A DNA stretch of 64,000 nucleotides from Octopus sinensis. Taxonomy: Eukaryota. The stretch lies in assembly GCF_006345805.1 (NCBI RefSeq), contig NC_043004.1, positions 36,332,001 to 36,396,000 of the forward strand. Reading direction: 5' to 3'. The notes under the pieces were generated by a model. That model made no database searches and had not been told where the DNA came from. It saw only the letters and a list, made by a program, of their open reading frames with translations. The position numbers were made by a program, and so were the translations under genes. Each line of letters opens with the position of its first letter. Position 1 is the stretch's first letter. Below are positions 38,836-51,727 of the stretch, piece by piece.

Positions 38836-39479
38836 GTATATATGAATATATATATACATACATACGTACGTATATACATATTTACATGCATGAATATATA
38901 TATGTGTGTGTGTGTGTACATGCATATACATGTACGAATCTGTATTTGTGGATGAATGAATTTGTGTTGCTGTGTAAGCATAAATCAATCAAGGGTATGT
39001 ATGTATCTACGGGATGAAACCATACAGACGTCGATGGATACTAAATCAAACGGGTTATTTAGATACTAAATAGATAAGAGTGGTAAACTACGCAAGTTTA
39101 CTGTCTGTTATGCGTGTGTGTGTGTGAGTGTGCGTGTGTGTTCAAACACTGGCCTGTCAACGGATGTCTCTGCACGGTGCAAAAGCTAATAAGTGAATAT
39201 GGCTTTATGTGTGTATGTCTGTACGTGGATATATCTTCTGCTTCGGGAAAATGTAAGGGCCACCTTGAGTTAGTTTGAATATCCGATTGTATATTGTGGT
39301 TTCTTTTTTATTCTATACATGTTTGTTTTATGGTGTTAATTAACGTTTTTCATTATCAGTGGAAATTATATTATTTGATTAACTTGTTTATTATTTTTTA
39401 AATTTTTTTAGTTCCTTATAAGTCCCTTCCTTACTTATACGAAAAGCGTTCTACATTATAACCCAGTTCCTTGTGTAGA

Positions 39480-39786
39480 CGAAGGCGAACTACAACTACC
39501 AAAATGTGTTTTAATCGAAACCAGTGAAACGGAGATTAAAAATCATGATACCTCTGGACAACACACCTGCGAGATACCTACGCCTACGATGTACCACAAC
39601 TGTTTGTACAGCTTCTCACCCGCGAGGCACGATGGGTTGAAATGACCGTAGTGAATAATAATCTCGTGAACTCCATTTTCTTCTCTCATATTATATATAG
39701 CACCAGGTGGTGCTATTAAGTTAGACATGGCCTGGGCCAATAATGGCCGAAACCTATCAAAGTATCAAAGTATCAAAGTATCAAAG
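39480..39786 (+). mobile_element. 3' end of the 11.7-kb LINE family with (TATCAAAG)n tail
   Basis: CACCAGGTGGTGCTATTAAGTTAGACATGGCCTGGGCCAATAATGGCCGAAACC followed by four TATCAAAG repeats. Confidence 0.75.
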
Positions 39787-39792
39787 TATATA

Positions 39793-39857
<65 letters not shown>

Positions 39858-39859
39858 AT

Positions 39860-39927
<68 letters not shown>

Positions 39928-39968
39928 TAGATAGATAGAGATATCACATGTATTTATAGGTGGATATT

Positions 39969-40026
<58 letters not shown>

Positions 40027-40049
40027 ATGTTACATTACTCGGTAGTCAA

Positions 40050-40110
40050 GATAAAACTCTGAGTTTCAGATGCCGAAGTGGAAATCCACAACACCATCTC
40101 TTCGGTTATC
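40050..40110 (-). ncRNA. Hammerhead ribozyme variant in the PLE 3' terminus
   Basis: GATAA-CCGAAGA-GATG..(GTGG ATTT CCAC)..CATC-T-GAAA-CT CAG AG-TT-TTATC; stem I GATAA/TTATC; core has U4>C. Confidence 0.65.
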
Positions 40111-40305
40111 TGGCTATTTGAAAACGTTATGAAAAAATACCGTTAAAAATGAAGGGAAATTACTCTGTTATAACTCTGCTTTGCCTGCGTACTTATACAT
40201 CGCTCGCATTTTTCGTCATAAAAATTATATAAAAATACATAAAAATATATAAAAATATATAAAAATATATAAAATCTTCTTGGGACATAACACAGAAAGC
40301 ATGTT

Positions 40306-42372
40306 CTATCCGGTTTCTTTAGGGGACCAAAAACGTAACAGAAATTTAGTCACATGTGGGCATGATCCGAAAAGCTCTGTCCTTGTATTTAGACATGTGG
40401 TAGGGTCTAAGCTGCTTTTCCAGATAAGCCATCTCTCCATGTCGCATAAACCGCACCTTCTGCTGCCGTTAGTGTAGGGCTTACATCTGGCCAAAATCTT
40501 CCATTGTATGTTATAATCGACACCTTTATCTCTTAAAGACCAAATATGATTGGATAATTGTGTCGCTTTTCTTTTGTTCCAGTGCCTAAAGCTCAAAGTG
40601 TGGTTATTGAACCTGGCCTTGAAATTACCCTCTGTCAGGCCCACGTATTTCTTCGTCGAAACGGTGTCTTTAGTGGTTATAGAGTTTACGGTAGCTTCAT
40701 ATATGATGGTCTTGGACATGCAAGCTCCATTTAGCGGGCACAATTCTTTATTCCTGCATGAACAGCTGTTTTCTTCTTGTGTTTTTTGTATGTTATGATT
40801 GATTATGTTTTTAAAATTGGTAGTTGAACTAAAACTAATTTTTAAATTGTGTCTATTGAAGAGTTTCCTATAAGCATGGTTAACTGGAAAATGTCTATCT
40901 ATCAGTGCTAGGAAATATTTACCTATATTGAAGGCCACCTCGGGTGAGTAAGGGGGCGTAAACCAGATGACCTTCCTATTTCTATTATTCCTTTTCCTTA
41001 CTGTTGGGCTGGTGATAGGTGTATATTTTATTTTTTCGCTAAAACCACTATCTTTTAAAGCTTTATTATAAACTGGGGCAACGCTATTGAAGATGTCCTC
41101 ATTAGATGAGAGGCTAGAAATCCTCTTACTAATATTTTTAACTAAATTTTTGAATACTATAGGGGGATGGCATGAACCTACATTAATATAACTTAGTCTA
41201 TCATTGGGCTTCCTATAAGGCTTATAAATATTATTATTAAGATCTAAGGAAACGTCTAAGAAATTGACAACCGTCAGGTTAGTGTCTATAGTTATACTAA
41301 GTCCGAAGTGTTTCATTAACTGGATAATATCCTTCCTAAAACGATCTTGTGCTGGTCCATTTGTATTAGCTGTTAAGGCGAGGGCATCATCTTTGTAGAT
41401 GGCGAAATGTACGTTAGGGAATGTCTTACCGAAGGTATCTAGGAGAAAGAGTCCAATTAGATCACAGATGCCTGCCCCATCATATGAACCCATGCTCACA
41501 TCGAAAGCGCCCTCCGTGTCGGTGTTTTTTACCCACTTTGCATTCTCACTGAAAAGTAATGTCTTTCTAGCATGGAAGATTATATCCTTATCATTGGTAC
41601 TAATTTCTATGAAGTCACTAGCGAAGATTAGGGCTTTATCTAGCAGTTCTTTAGAGATAGAGGCATAAAAATCAACAATATCGAATTGTGTAAACCTCGC
41701 TTTTTTCTTATTCTTAATAGCTTTAAACCAGTCTACGACTTCTATACTATTGGACCATTGCACTAGCCTAGTATCGGTCTTAATTTTCGTATTTATTTTA
41801 TCTAAAATTTCTTTGCTAATAATCCCTAGTTCTGACTTGGCTGGGTTGATAAGCCTACATTTAGGGTTGGAAAGGAAGTTTTCTTGTGATCTTTAATAGT
41901 AATAAAGGCCTCTTTTTGGGGGAGGGTTTCTATTTTTTTATCTAATTTAAGTTTAGCGGCGATGACGCTAGCTTCTTTATTAATTTCGTTATATGTCTGT
42001 GCCCTAGCCTTAGTATAATTATTAGTAATGCTGTTGTGTAAGAGTTGTGTGTATTTGCTGTTATCTACCAGGTATAAGTTCTTGGTTTTATCCGAAAAAA
42101 GTGCTTTTTTCTTGGAGCTTTTTATATGATCAATATCTTTTTTCAATTTATGTTGGAAATTGTTAAAAGACTTACGAAACTTTATTTTGCTCATGATCTT
42201 CAGCAGGTCCGCTTCGAAATCTTCCAAGCCTTTAATCCTAGGAGGGAATTTTTTGGATTTTATCCGATAGAAAATGTTTTCCTTGGTGTTCGCTTCTGTG
42301 TCAAAAAAGAAAGCCTTCCATCTCATACGCTTAATTACATCAGTAATTTTTTGCAGAAGTTTCCTCTATTTA
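40306..42372 (-). pseudogene. PLE polyprotein: RT + C-terminal GIY-YIG endonuclease; one frameshift near 41880
   Basis: IKRMRWKAFFF; KDHK(E)NF..PKCRLINPAKSELG; FDIVDFY; MGSYDGA; YKDD; FLDV; CSC..CPLNGAC; IIYEATV..YVGLTEGNFKARFNNH; CGLC..LNTRTE. Confidence 0.93.
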
Positions 42373-42474
42373 CATAATATTGAGGTCTCTTTCTTTCTTT
42401 TGTTATCTTACCGTTTTATCAATATATATATATAATATATATATATATTATATATATATATATATATATGTATA

Positions 42475-42538
<64 letters not shown>

Positions 42539-43089
42539 TATATAAATAGATAGAGTTATCACATGTATTTATAGGTGGATATTTGTATATATATATTTAT
42601 ATAGAGGGAAAAATACATGCATATTGTATATAGGTGGTTAGATAAATGTTTAGATTTATGTCTATGAATTTAAATACACACACAGGTAGGCATAGGCAGA
42701 AAAATACTGGGAGTGAGAGAACAAGTTTCTAAGTTTGTCGAAGAATAAAGAATATTACAATGAACAGGTAATATTATGAAATTATCTGTAAAGAAATGAA
42801 TGAGATATCTCATATATTAGAGCGAGTCAGTGATTAATAATAAAATGGCGGGATTTAAAGTGATGTAGAGCAGCTACTGGCATCGATTCCTTACACATTA
42901 TTTAGGAAAACATAAACATTTATATTTTATCCATAGTTGGCACATATTAGGAAATTATCGACATACTAATTAGATTTAATTATGCTCACATGGAATTTTC
43001 GTGTAGTAATTTCATATATTTATTATTATTATTATCGTTGTTATTATTAATCATTATTATTATTGTTGTTGTTGTTGTTGTTGTTATTT

Positions 43090-44741
43090 ATTGATTTGCA
43101 TAGCTTCTAACGCTGGAGATGTATTATGGTGTAGAGCCGTTCCCTACCAGTGAACTAAGATATCACCCCTTATTTTTCGAGCATCATCCAGAGTATTCGA
43201 GTGGTTCCAAGCAGTGCTCTTTTCTGCAAGTGCTCCACCCTTATTCTAACCCCTATTTTTTCCATGTACTTCTCAAGATTTTTACCCACCGTTCTCAGGG
43301 ATTCCAGATGCCCATGTTTTTGCTGATTTCCTTCACTTCCCTAACTGAAATGACTAGTTTTGACAGACTACTGTTTGTTTCAGTTCTTGCAACCATTCAG
43401 CATCCTTCTTGTGCTCCTTGTTCCTTGTCTTTGCTTCAGATGTCACTCCAAAACATTTGACTTTCAATGTTATCCGGTATCAACTTTTCATCTGTATCCC
43501 TTCATTCTTTGGTCGTATCCTACATTCTTTGTTTCCTTTGCAGCGAGGCTGTTTCAGTTCCCCCATTACCACTTTCAGGCCCTTTCTTTCAATATCATAC
43601 TTCCTATTCAGTGACCTGTATCTTTGTTCTCTTTTAAACTCCCCCTTCTCTTTTCGGTCCAACACAGAAATGTCCTTCGAGAGCATATCTAACCCCACCT
43701 GTATTCTTCTTTTCCAGAATAGATATTTTCTTTTGTCACTCCCATTATATTTCTTTTTCTTAATATCAACACTAACATGTTCTGCTACAACAACACATCA
43801 TTTCTTCCTCCATCAATTTATCCATTTCCAATACCTCGAAGTACTTATAGCCCGTCTCTTCTATCTGTTTTATAACCACCCCCGACGGTATCGTTAACCC
43901 GTCCATACATTTGATTTTGCCTCTCTTCAAGACTAACACACCACACTTTCTCAGTCCGTACTCCATTCTGATATCAGCATTGAAAGTATACACCGTATCA
44001 ACGAGGCAACGGACTTGGGCTTCATCTTTACCATAAAGTTTGAGGTCATCCATGAATAACAAATGGTTGACTTCTTGTTTGCAGTTTTTGAATACATAAC
44101 TAGCTTTTGCTTTCCTCAGAATCAGTGTTAGTGGTATCAAGCACAATACAAAGATCAGTGGGTACAAGCAGTCCCTTTGGAAGATGCCCCTCCTAATTTC
44201 CACTGTGCCTTAACTTCTTCCGTATGCTATCAGGCCCGTCCTCCACTTCGCCATACTTTTTCCAAGCAATCGCTCAACATTCGATGCAATACCAAATAGG
44301 TCCATACACTCCATAATCCAAGAATGTGGGATCATATTGTACGCCTTACGATAGTCGATCCATGACATGGCTAATTTACTTTTCGTCCTCTTGCAGTCTC
44401 TAAGTACAGTTTTGTCTATCAGGAGTTGATCCTTGGTATCTCTGCGCTTATGTTTGCAACCCTTCTGCTCATGTGGCAGGACTCCATTTTTTCCCCAGAT
44501 GTTCGGTACATTGACTTTGTGAGTATTCCGGTCAATAACTTCCACATAACTGGCAAACAGGATATCGGCCCGTAATTGTCTATGTCTTTCAGGCACAGCA
44601 TTGTCCTACCCAATGTCAACAACTCTGGTGTTACTTGGTCGACAGTTAACAAGGTATTGAGTTGTTACTACTACTACTACTACTGCTACTACTACTACTA
44701 CTACTACTACTACTGCTACTACTACTACTACTACTACTACT

Positions 44742-44779
<38 letters not shown>

Positions 44780-45050
44780 TTTCAACATTTGGCAGTTTCA
44801 GGCAGATTTCTACAGCACCACCTGCAACACCGTGTTGCTGGGGTGTGTGTTCCTTTTTTTTTGTTGCTCGTGGGTGTGCAAACTCTTCCCCGTATTTTAT
44901 TGCATCAATTTGTTTTGTTATGGGGTTTGGCTGCAGTCTTTTGTTTCATTAGTGTTTGTATTGCGTATTGTACGTGTAATGCGAGTTGTGTTCTGCTAGA
45001 TATTATTATTGTTGTTGTTGCTGTTTTATTGTTGTGTTGATATCATTATT
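43090..45050 (-). mobile_element. R4-clade (Dong/Rex6-like) LINE remnant with internal deletions
   Basis: [53 protein letters not shown], and terminal LQKRALLGTTRIL. Flanked by (AAT/AAC)n, with an internal (CTA)n tract at 44665-44778. Confidence 0.85.
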
Positions 45051-45116
45051 GTTATTATTTTAATTGACCGTTGACTTACTATGTAGTCCGCCGACCATAA
45101 AGGATATATATATCCG

Positions 45117-45153
<37 letters not shown>

Positions 45154-45232
45154 TTGTATATATGTGTATATATGTATTCATGTACTGGGATCTATTTAGT
45201 ATGTTTCCTCTCCTAAGTCATACACACACACT

Positions 45233-45264
<32 letters not shown>

Positions 45265-45841
45265 AACACACACACACATATATTGTGTATGAATATATGT
45301 AAGTATATGTATATATGTATGTATGTATTTATGCATATATACCTATGTATAAATGAATATCTTTGAAAGAGAGCGTACAGAAATTGAATATAAACCCTCA
45401 GTAAATGGGTAATTTATCAGCAAGCTTCCTTAAACGACGCTTTACTTCACTACAATCATGGCTTATCATCTGACGTTTCATTGTCTATTACATTCAATCG
45501 TAGCCATCTAAATGAACTGGTGTTGGCATTTTGCTCTTCCACTCATTTGGCTGTTTTATATATAAACATAAGTACATGCTTACATCACATGTGTGTGTGT
45601 GTGAATACATATATACTTACCATTATATTTAGATGTATATATATATGTGCCTGTGTGTATATGTATATATATATGTATATATGTATATGGATACATATAC
45701 AAATACCCCCCGTATACATACATGCATATATATATATATGCATATATTTAATACATATATACTTACCATTATATTTAGATATATATATATATATATATGT
45801 GTGCCTGTGTGTATATGTATATATATGTGTATATATATATT

Positions 45842-45874
<33 letters not shown>

Positions 45875-45883
45875 GTATATATA

Positions 45884-45927
<44 letters not shown>

Positions 45928-46307
45928 ATATATATATATATATATATGCATATATATATATGCATATATTTAATAGCGAAGACAGATGTCTTTTTTAATG
46001 CTACATTTATTTCGCATGTAAGCAGAGGTATATGCATGACACATCACAAATATACGCTGAATTGCTCCAGCAAATAAATATATGTCGATATAAGCATTCA
46101 TAATTTCTCCATGTTCTCTCTTTGAAAGAAAGTCTCTCCCTGTCTATCTTTTTAGTCCTTCTTTTCTAACCTTGCCCATTCACTATCTAATGTTTTTTTT
46201 CCTTATCTCCTCTCCATGTCTCCATCTCTCTCAATAGTAATACACACACATGCATACAAGCATACTCTTATCCCACCATTCCTATTGAGGTTTCAATGAT
46301 ATATATA

Positions 46308-46354
<47 letters not shown>

Positions 46355-48717
46355 CAGCTTAAGTATTTACATACGATAGATTGACACATAAATAGATTAC
46401 ATATAAATAGATTTAGTCAGAGAAGGAGAAAGTACGAGAGAGGGAGAAGGAAATTGAAAGAGCAGAATTGAAATCGGGAGAGAGATTGCTGCATCGTAAA
46501 GTTCTTAACCAAATTTCAATGGCGACAGTTCCGTTATAATCAGTGAATGTTTGAACATGACAGATAAAAACTAAATTCTAATGGGACAAAAATCACATAA
46601 ACATTTCTAATGGTATCATATGTAATATTATGGATGACGTGAAACCATTTCAATAAATGTTTCGTTTCCTTTCCATGCTATTACACGCTGAAGGAATCAT
46701 TACGCATTAAATCCCTGTAGGTTGAAAAATGGCAGTTTCTACATGATTTTATAAGTTGAGATATCTTTCTCATTGCATTTGTGCGAGCTACAATCAGTTT
46801 TGCGCCCAGCTGTACATATCATACAACAATCAGTATTTCCTTGCAAAAAGAAATAGTAAAAAAAAAACACTGAATGTTCCGGGAATAAATTTAAAAACAT
46901 AAAAAATATTGATAGAAGCCAGATTACATTGGATCACACAGCATCAATATAAGTTGAAAGTTACTATTCTTCCATGATGATGTATGGAGATATACAGACA
47001 CTATTTACTACAATAGTTAGCTTTAGATTTAAGTTCGCTGGAGTTGTTTTATTTGGTTGTTTCTTTTTGTTGTCCCTTCTATTTTTGAATCTCAATTCTC
47101 ACAGATGCTGCAAGTATATATCAAATTATTCTATACATAATATTTGTTGTATATTTATGTCCGGAAGAAAAATTTAGCGCTCATCTTCAAAGTAACAAGA
47201 AACTTAAAGCAAAGTTTGGAATCTAAAACTTGGGTATTTTACAATTATAAAGGAAGTCCAAAATATATATTCATGTTCATTTTACAACAAATATATAAAT
47301 AAATAATAATTCCCGCTTATCATAGTAGAACTGGTTTCCGTGCTTAACTTTGTTTATGCATTGCAGTATGTATAAACACACGCGCGCTCACAGGCACACG
47401 CACACATATACACACACATGCACACACACACACGCAGACAGATAGGTAAATAGATAGATAGACAGACAGCTAGCCAGACAGATAAGTAGAGAGAGAGAGG
47501 GGGGAAGGAACAGATAAATGAATATATGTTGCTTTATGTCGAACGAATGAGAAAGGAGTGCTGTATTCATGTTGTAGAGGATATGTCTTATAGAAACTCA
47601 AGCATCAGTTTCAACAAAAAAAACTATATACTTACACATCATACACAACTACATACATATATGTATGTCTATGCGTGTGTTTGCGTGTGGTGTGTATGTA
47701 TGTATAGCTTTCTTTTCCGTTTTGGTAAGATCAATAAGAAAAACGCACCTCACAATGAGAGATCAATATCATTTAATGTATAAAAATACGAGCTACTAAT
47801 AGTTTCATGCCGTGGAGACAGGTATCTAGTCAGGTTTTTGATAACGTGCCTAATGTCTCCAAGCAATGGTGTGTTCCATTTGAAAATTAAGATGCTGATA
47901 CATGAGAAAACACGAGAAAAATATGAGAAGGTTGATGCAAAAATAGAAAGGGTGACTAAAAACGGAAAAAGAAAAGAACAGATAGGAAATTAAAGTTATG
48001 CTCCCTTCGACCGTAAAGGCCAAACTAGTTGTAGAATGATTCAACGGGGTGGGGACCAAAGTCTGCGAGATAGTTGTTCAATCCAGAAAGGCTCGTGACT
48101 GCCCGTTCGCCAAGAAATTTGTCCATATGCATGAATTGGCAGAAAATTTCAGATCCGGAATTAAGTAGTGCGGTGAAATTCTTAGAGTTAAAAAGTATGT
48201 GTAATATTTCAGCTATGAATAAGTTGTATATTTTAGATCTAAATTATATATGGCATGGATTCCTCTACGATTCTTCACATGAGTGGAGGTCTACAGATAC
48301 AGAAATTCAAGACGTTAGCCAATTCATAAATATCAATGTAAGTGAATAAAACGCCGTTCATCATCATTCTGTCCAAGGTTTGCTAACGTGTTTTAAACAG
48401 CAACAAGCAAAAAGTATCTCCACCATCACCACAGCTCCCGCAGCCGATCGTACACTTCATAGGTAACAGGACTATTGTTATAATTGTTGTCATTCTATAT
48501 TACAGGTAAGTAAGCATGTTATAAACAGTCCTCAAGTATATAATGTTATGCGCTCCACATCATTCCAAAATATAGCATCGAACCAAAGCAAAGAAATGAA
48601 AAATGCGGACAGTAACGGATTTCAAATAGCAACCAGTTCCTTGTCGTTTAGAACAACGCATACAGACGACAAATTCAAAGCAGTAACAAAGTAAATCTCC
48701 AGTGTCAAAGTTATACA

Positions 48718-49066
48718 CGTGCGTGTGTGAGAGAGAGAGAAAGAGAGAGATAGTGAGGGTCTGTGTTAGTGAGTGTGTATGACTGAGTGCATGTATGTGT
48801 GTGTGCACTCATGCGACAGCGCACTCAGTTCAACAAACATTTATATCTGTGCTTATCTGGTTGCAATCATACCGTGTCAGAAGTTTATGACATTTTACTC
48901 GCTGACAAAAAAAGTTATATTGTAATATCGCCTATCAGAATATTTTAAATTCGTCATTACTTCACATTACTTAGCGAGAGAATAACAAACAGGTCTTATT
49001 GAAACTCTTACCTGTGATAAACTTGCGGTTTATCCCCGGAAATGTTTTTTTCGACTCTCATCCGCT
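48718..49066. repeat. Left arm of a ~350-bp inverted repeat
   Basis: Reverse complement of 51342-51722 with scattered mismatches. Confidence 0.9.
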
Positions 49067-51341
49067 CGCCGGAATTATGCACCGTCGCTTAAAAGACCTT
49101 GAAAGAAATATCGTCGTTCAACTGCCATTTTATCTTTTGTGTTTTTAATGTTCTGAGGGCAATGATTGCATCGTGTTGAAACGAATATATACGCGTTGTA
49201 ATCAGAAGCTCATCTGCAATGTTTAGTGGCCAAGAAAGTGTTAATTTCCTTTCATAAGCTAACACACACATGTTGTCGAAATTCTTAATCAATATCTGAA
49301 TCAGTGAGAACTCGGTGGATTACAAACGAAGTGATTGATGCATGAAACGAACTCGATTTAATTAATTTCCTCTTATTCTTGCTTAATGAACTATACTCCT
49401 CTGGAACATTCAGATCCATCGCGTGTTCAATAATCGTAAAATCAAACTAACTTCCTGTCTCAATTCATGGATAAACTATCGAAAGCAATATGCATGATAA
49501 TATGCATAAATTGTAAACAGAGCTAAATTATTTTACTGGTATTATGGTTTCCATCGATATACTTAGGAATGAATTGCTATAGTCTGGGCAGCTAATTAGG
49601 GATTTTCGAGTAGGCATCGAATGCTATTATACCGTTGACGAATATAAAGTCTGCGTTTGGCTGTAATAAATTATTTTATTTTGTTTGCTAACCTAATACA
49701 TTAAGACTATTGTGGTTTGTGTTACATTCTATGTAATTTTAGAATCGGTTAAAATAGCAAATAAAATATTCTTTACAATGAAACACAAAAGACATCAAAG
49801 ACAGGAATTAGCGACTGTTAGTATTAAAAGGAAACATGTAAGCATAATAACAGTTTGACCAAGTGTAAGTTAAGAATGAGTTCACTTAGCAAGTTAAGAA
49901 CTTCAAAGTTGAATATTACAATATTACATTTATTACATTACATTTACAGTATTAAGTTATTATTCAAACGCTAACCATTTTAAAATACGTGGAGAGGAGG
50001 AACAATGAACACTTGCATTCAGATTTTTCCCTGGAGAAGTTAGGAACATGATTCGAATAAAGAAATATTCCGAAGATGTATCATGAGTGAATAATATATA
50101 TTCAGATATTATTTAGAGAAATCCGCCAAACGATAATTGTGATAACTGCTTCCAGGATACACATGCATTCATGCGCACACAAATAGATATACGTGTGTGT
50201 GTGTGCATGTCTGTCTGTCTGTCTGCTCACATGTATTAATACAAAAACGCACGCATACACACATACACAAATATATATGTACGCGCAGAGGAATATGTAT
50301 TTGATGCAAATACACACGTAACAGAGTAACAGAATATGGCAGAAACGCAACACAATATGGCAAAACAATAAATGTTGTACCGGAGAGTTATTTTAAGCGT
50401 AAACATTTTCAAAACTGTAATAAATAAAAAGTTTTATCGCAATATTCTCAGACAAAACATTGAATGGTGTCTCTGTTTTGAATTAAGTTCTAATTTTAAC
50501 GATGCTTTCCGTCATAAGTTTGTGTTTATTATAAGAGCCTCCTACACTGAATTTTATTTTGGAAGTCAGAGGGTTTGCTGTCCTTTTTCCGCTATCGAGA
50601 TGTTTTCATGCAGCGGATGACAACTTTCAGCTATTATCTCCTTTGTAGCGTAAACAATAACACGTGACGTCGACAGACGAGATCCTTTAGGAACGATGTG
50701 ACTCTCAGTTTTATGCACTTTTTTTAGTTATTTATACAAAAGAGGTTTGCACGCATTACGTTTATATGCCATTTAAGGCTACCTGGAGATATTTAGTTGA
50801 AATGTAGCATTAAATTCTCTATGATACCATGGAAGACTGATGTATAGGGAGATTGTTTGGGAGTCGTGAATTTCAGTAAATTGCAGTTATTAAAACAATG
50901 AGCAGATAAGCTTTCTTGCATGGAAGTCTTTTTTTAGACAGTCAACAATCGGTTTTTAAAACTTTCATGCATGTTCTGGAAGACATTTATAGAGAGTAAG
51001 CAATTTATAAGGGTTGAGGAGGAGAACTGGTGTTTCGTATGTATATGACATTGCTATATACTGAGGTAGCCATGGGAGCTGACGAGGGAACATGATATGA
51101 AATGGCCTGAGATCTGTGGACAGAAGGCGGAGACAAATAATTTAGTTAAGAATTAATGTGAAGATACGAAAATGTTGATGGCCTCATTATCAAGACCATT
51201 TCATTTTTACAGACGCAGCATTGGGAAAATTTTAGGACATTTACAGGACAAGCAAGGAAAGTTGAAGGTGAACGGTTTAAGTCTAGTTTTGGAAAACAAA
51301 CGTGATTTTTTTAAAACAGAAAATGCGAAAATATGGTAAAT

Positions 51342-51678
51342 ATGGATGCGAGTAGAAAAACTCTTCCGGGGATAAACCGCAAGTTTATCACAGGTAAGAG
51401 TTTCAATAAGACCTGTTTGTTATTCTCTCGCTAAGTAATGTGAAGCAATGACAATTTAAAATATTCTGATGAGCGATATGACAATATAATTTTTTTTTTG
51501 TCAGCGAGTAAAATGTCATAAACTTCTGACACGGTATGATTGCAACCAGATAAGCACAGATTTAAATGTTTGCTGAACTGAGTGCGCTGTCGTATGAGTG
51601 CACACACACATACACGCACTCAGTCATACACACTCACTCACACAGATCCTCACTATTTCTCTCTTTCTCTCTCTCTCT

Positions 51679-51722
<44 letters not shown>
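51342..51722. repeat. Right arm of the ~350-bp inverted repeat
   Basis: CCGGGGATAAACCGCAAGTTTATCACAGGTAAGAG..GCGCTGTCG pairs with 48810-49040. Confidence 0.9.

Positions 51723-51727
<5 letters not shown>

Larger units (their letters stand above)
40023..42422 (-). mobile_element. Near-complete Penelope-like element (Naiad-type), 5'-truncated by a few codons
   Basis: RT + GIY-YIG ORF, 3' UTR with hammerhead motif, (TA)n on both sides. Confidence 0.93.

Noticed and set aside
40306-41763. Selenocysteine recoding, reported in some Naiad PLEs
   Set aside because: No in-frame TGA in the ORF.
45481-46077. 150-198 aa ORFs rich in Y, I, C and M; similar ORFs at 10.2-10.7, 24-26, 32-33 and 38.7-39.9 kb
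   Set aside because: (TA)n/(CA)n tracts lack stops in some frames; no domain content.
48405-48512. Possible small host exon(s): TTTTAAACAG acceptor, GTAACA and CAG|GTAAGT donors
   Set aside because: No recognisable peptide and no partner exons; such motifs are common by chance.
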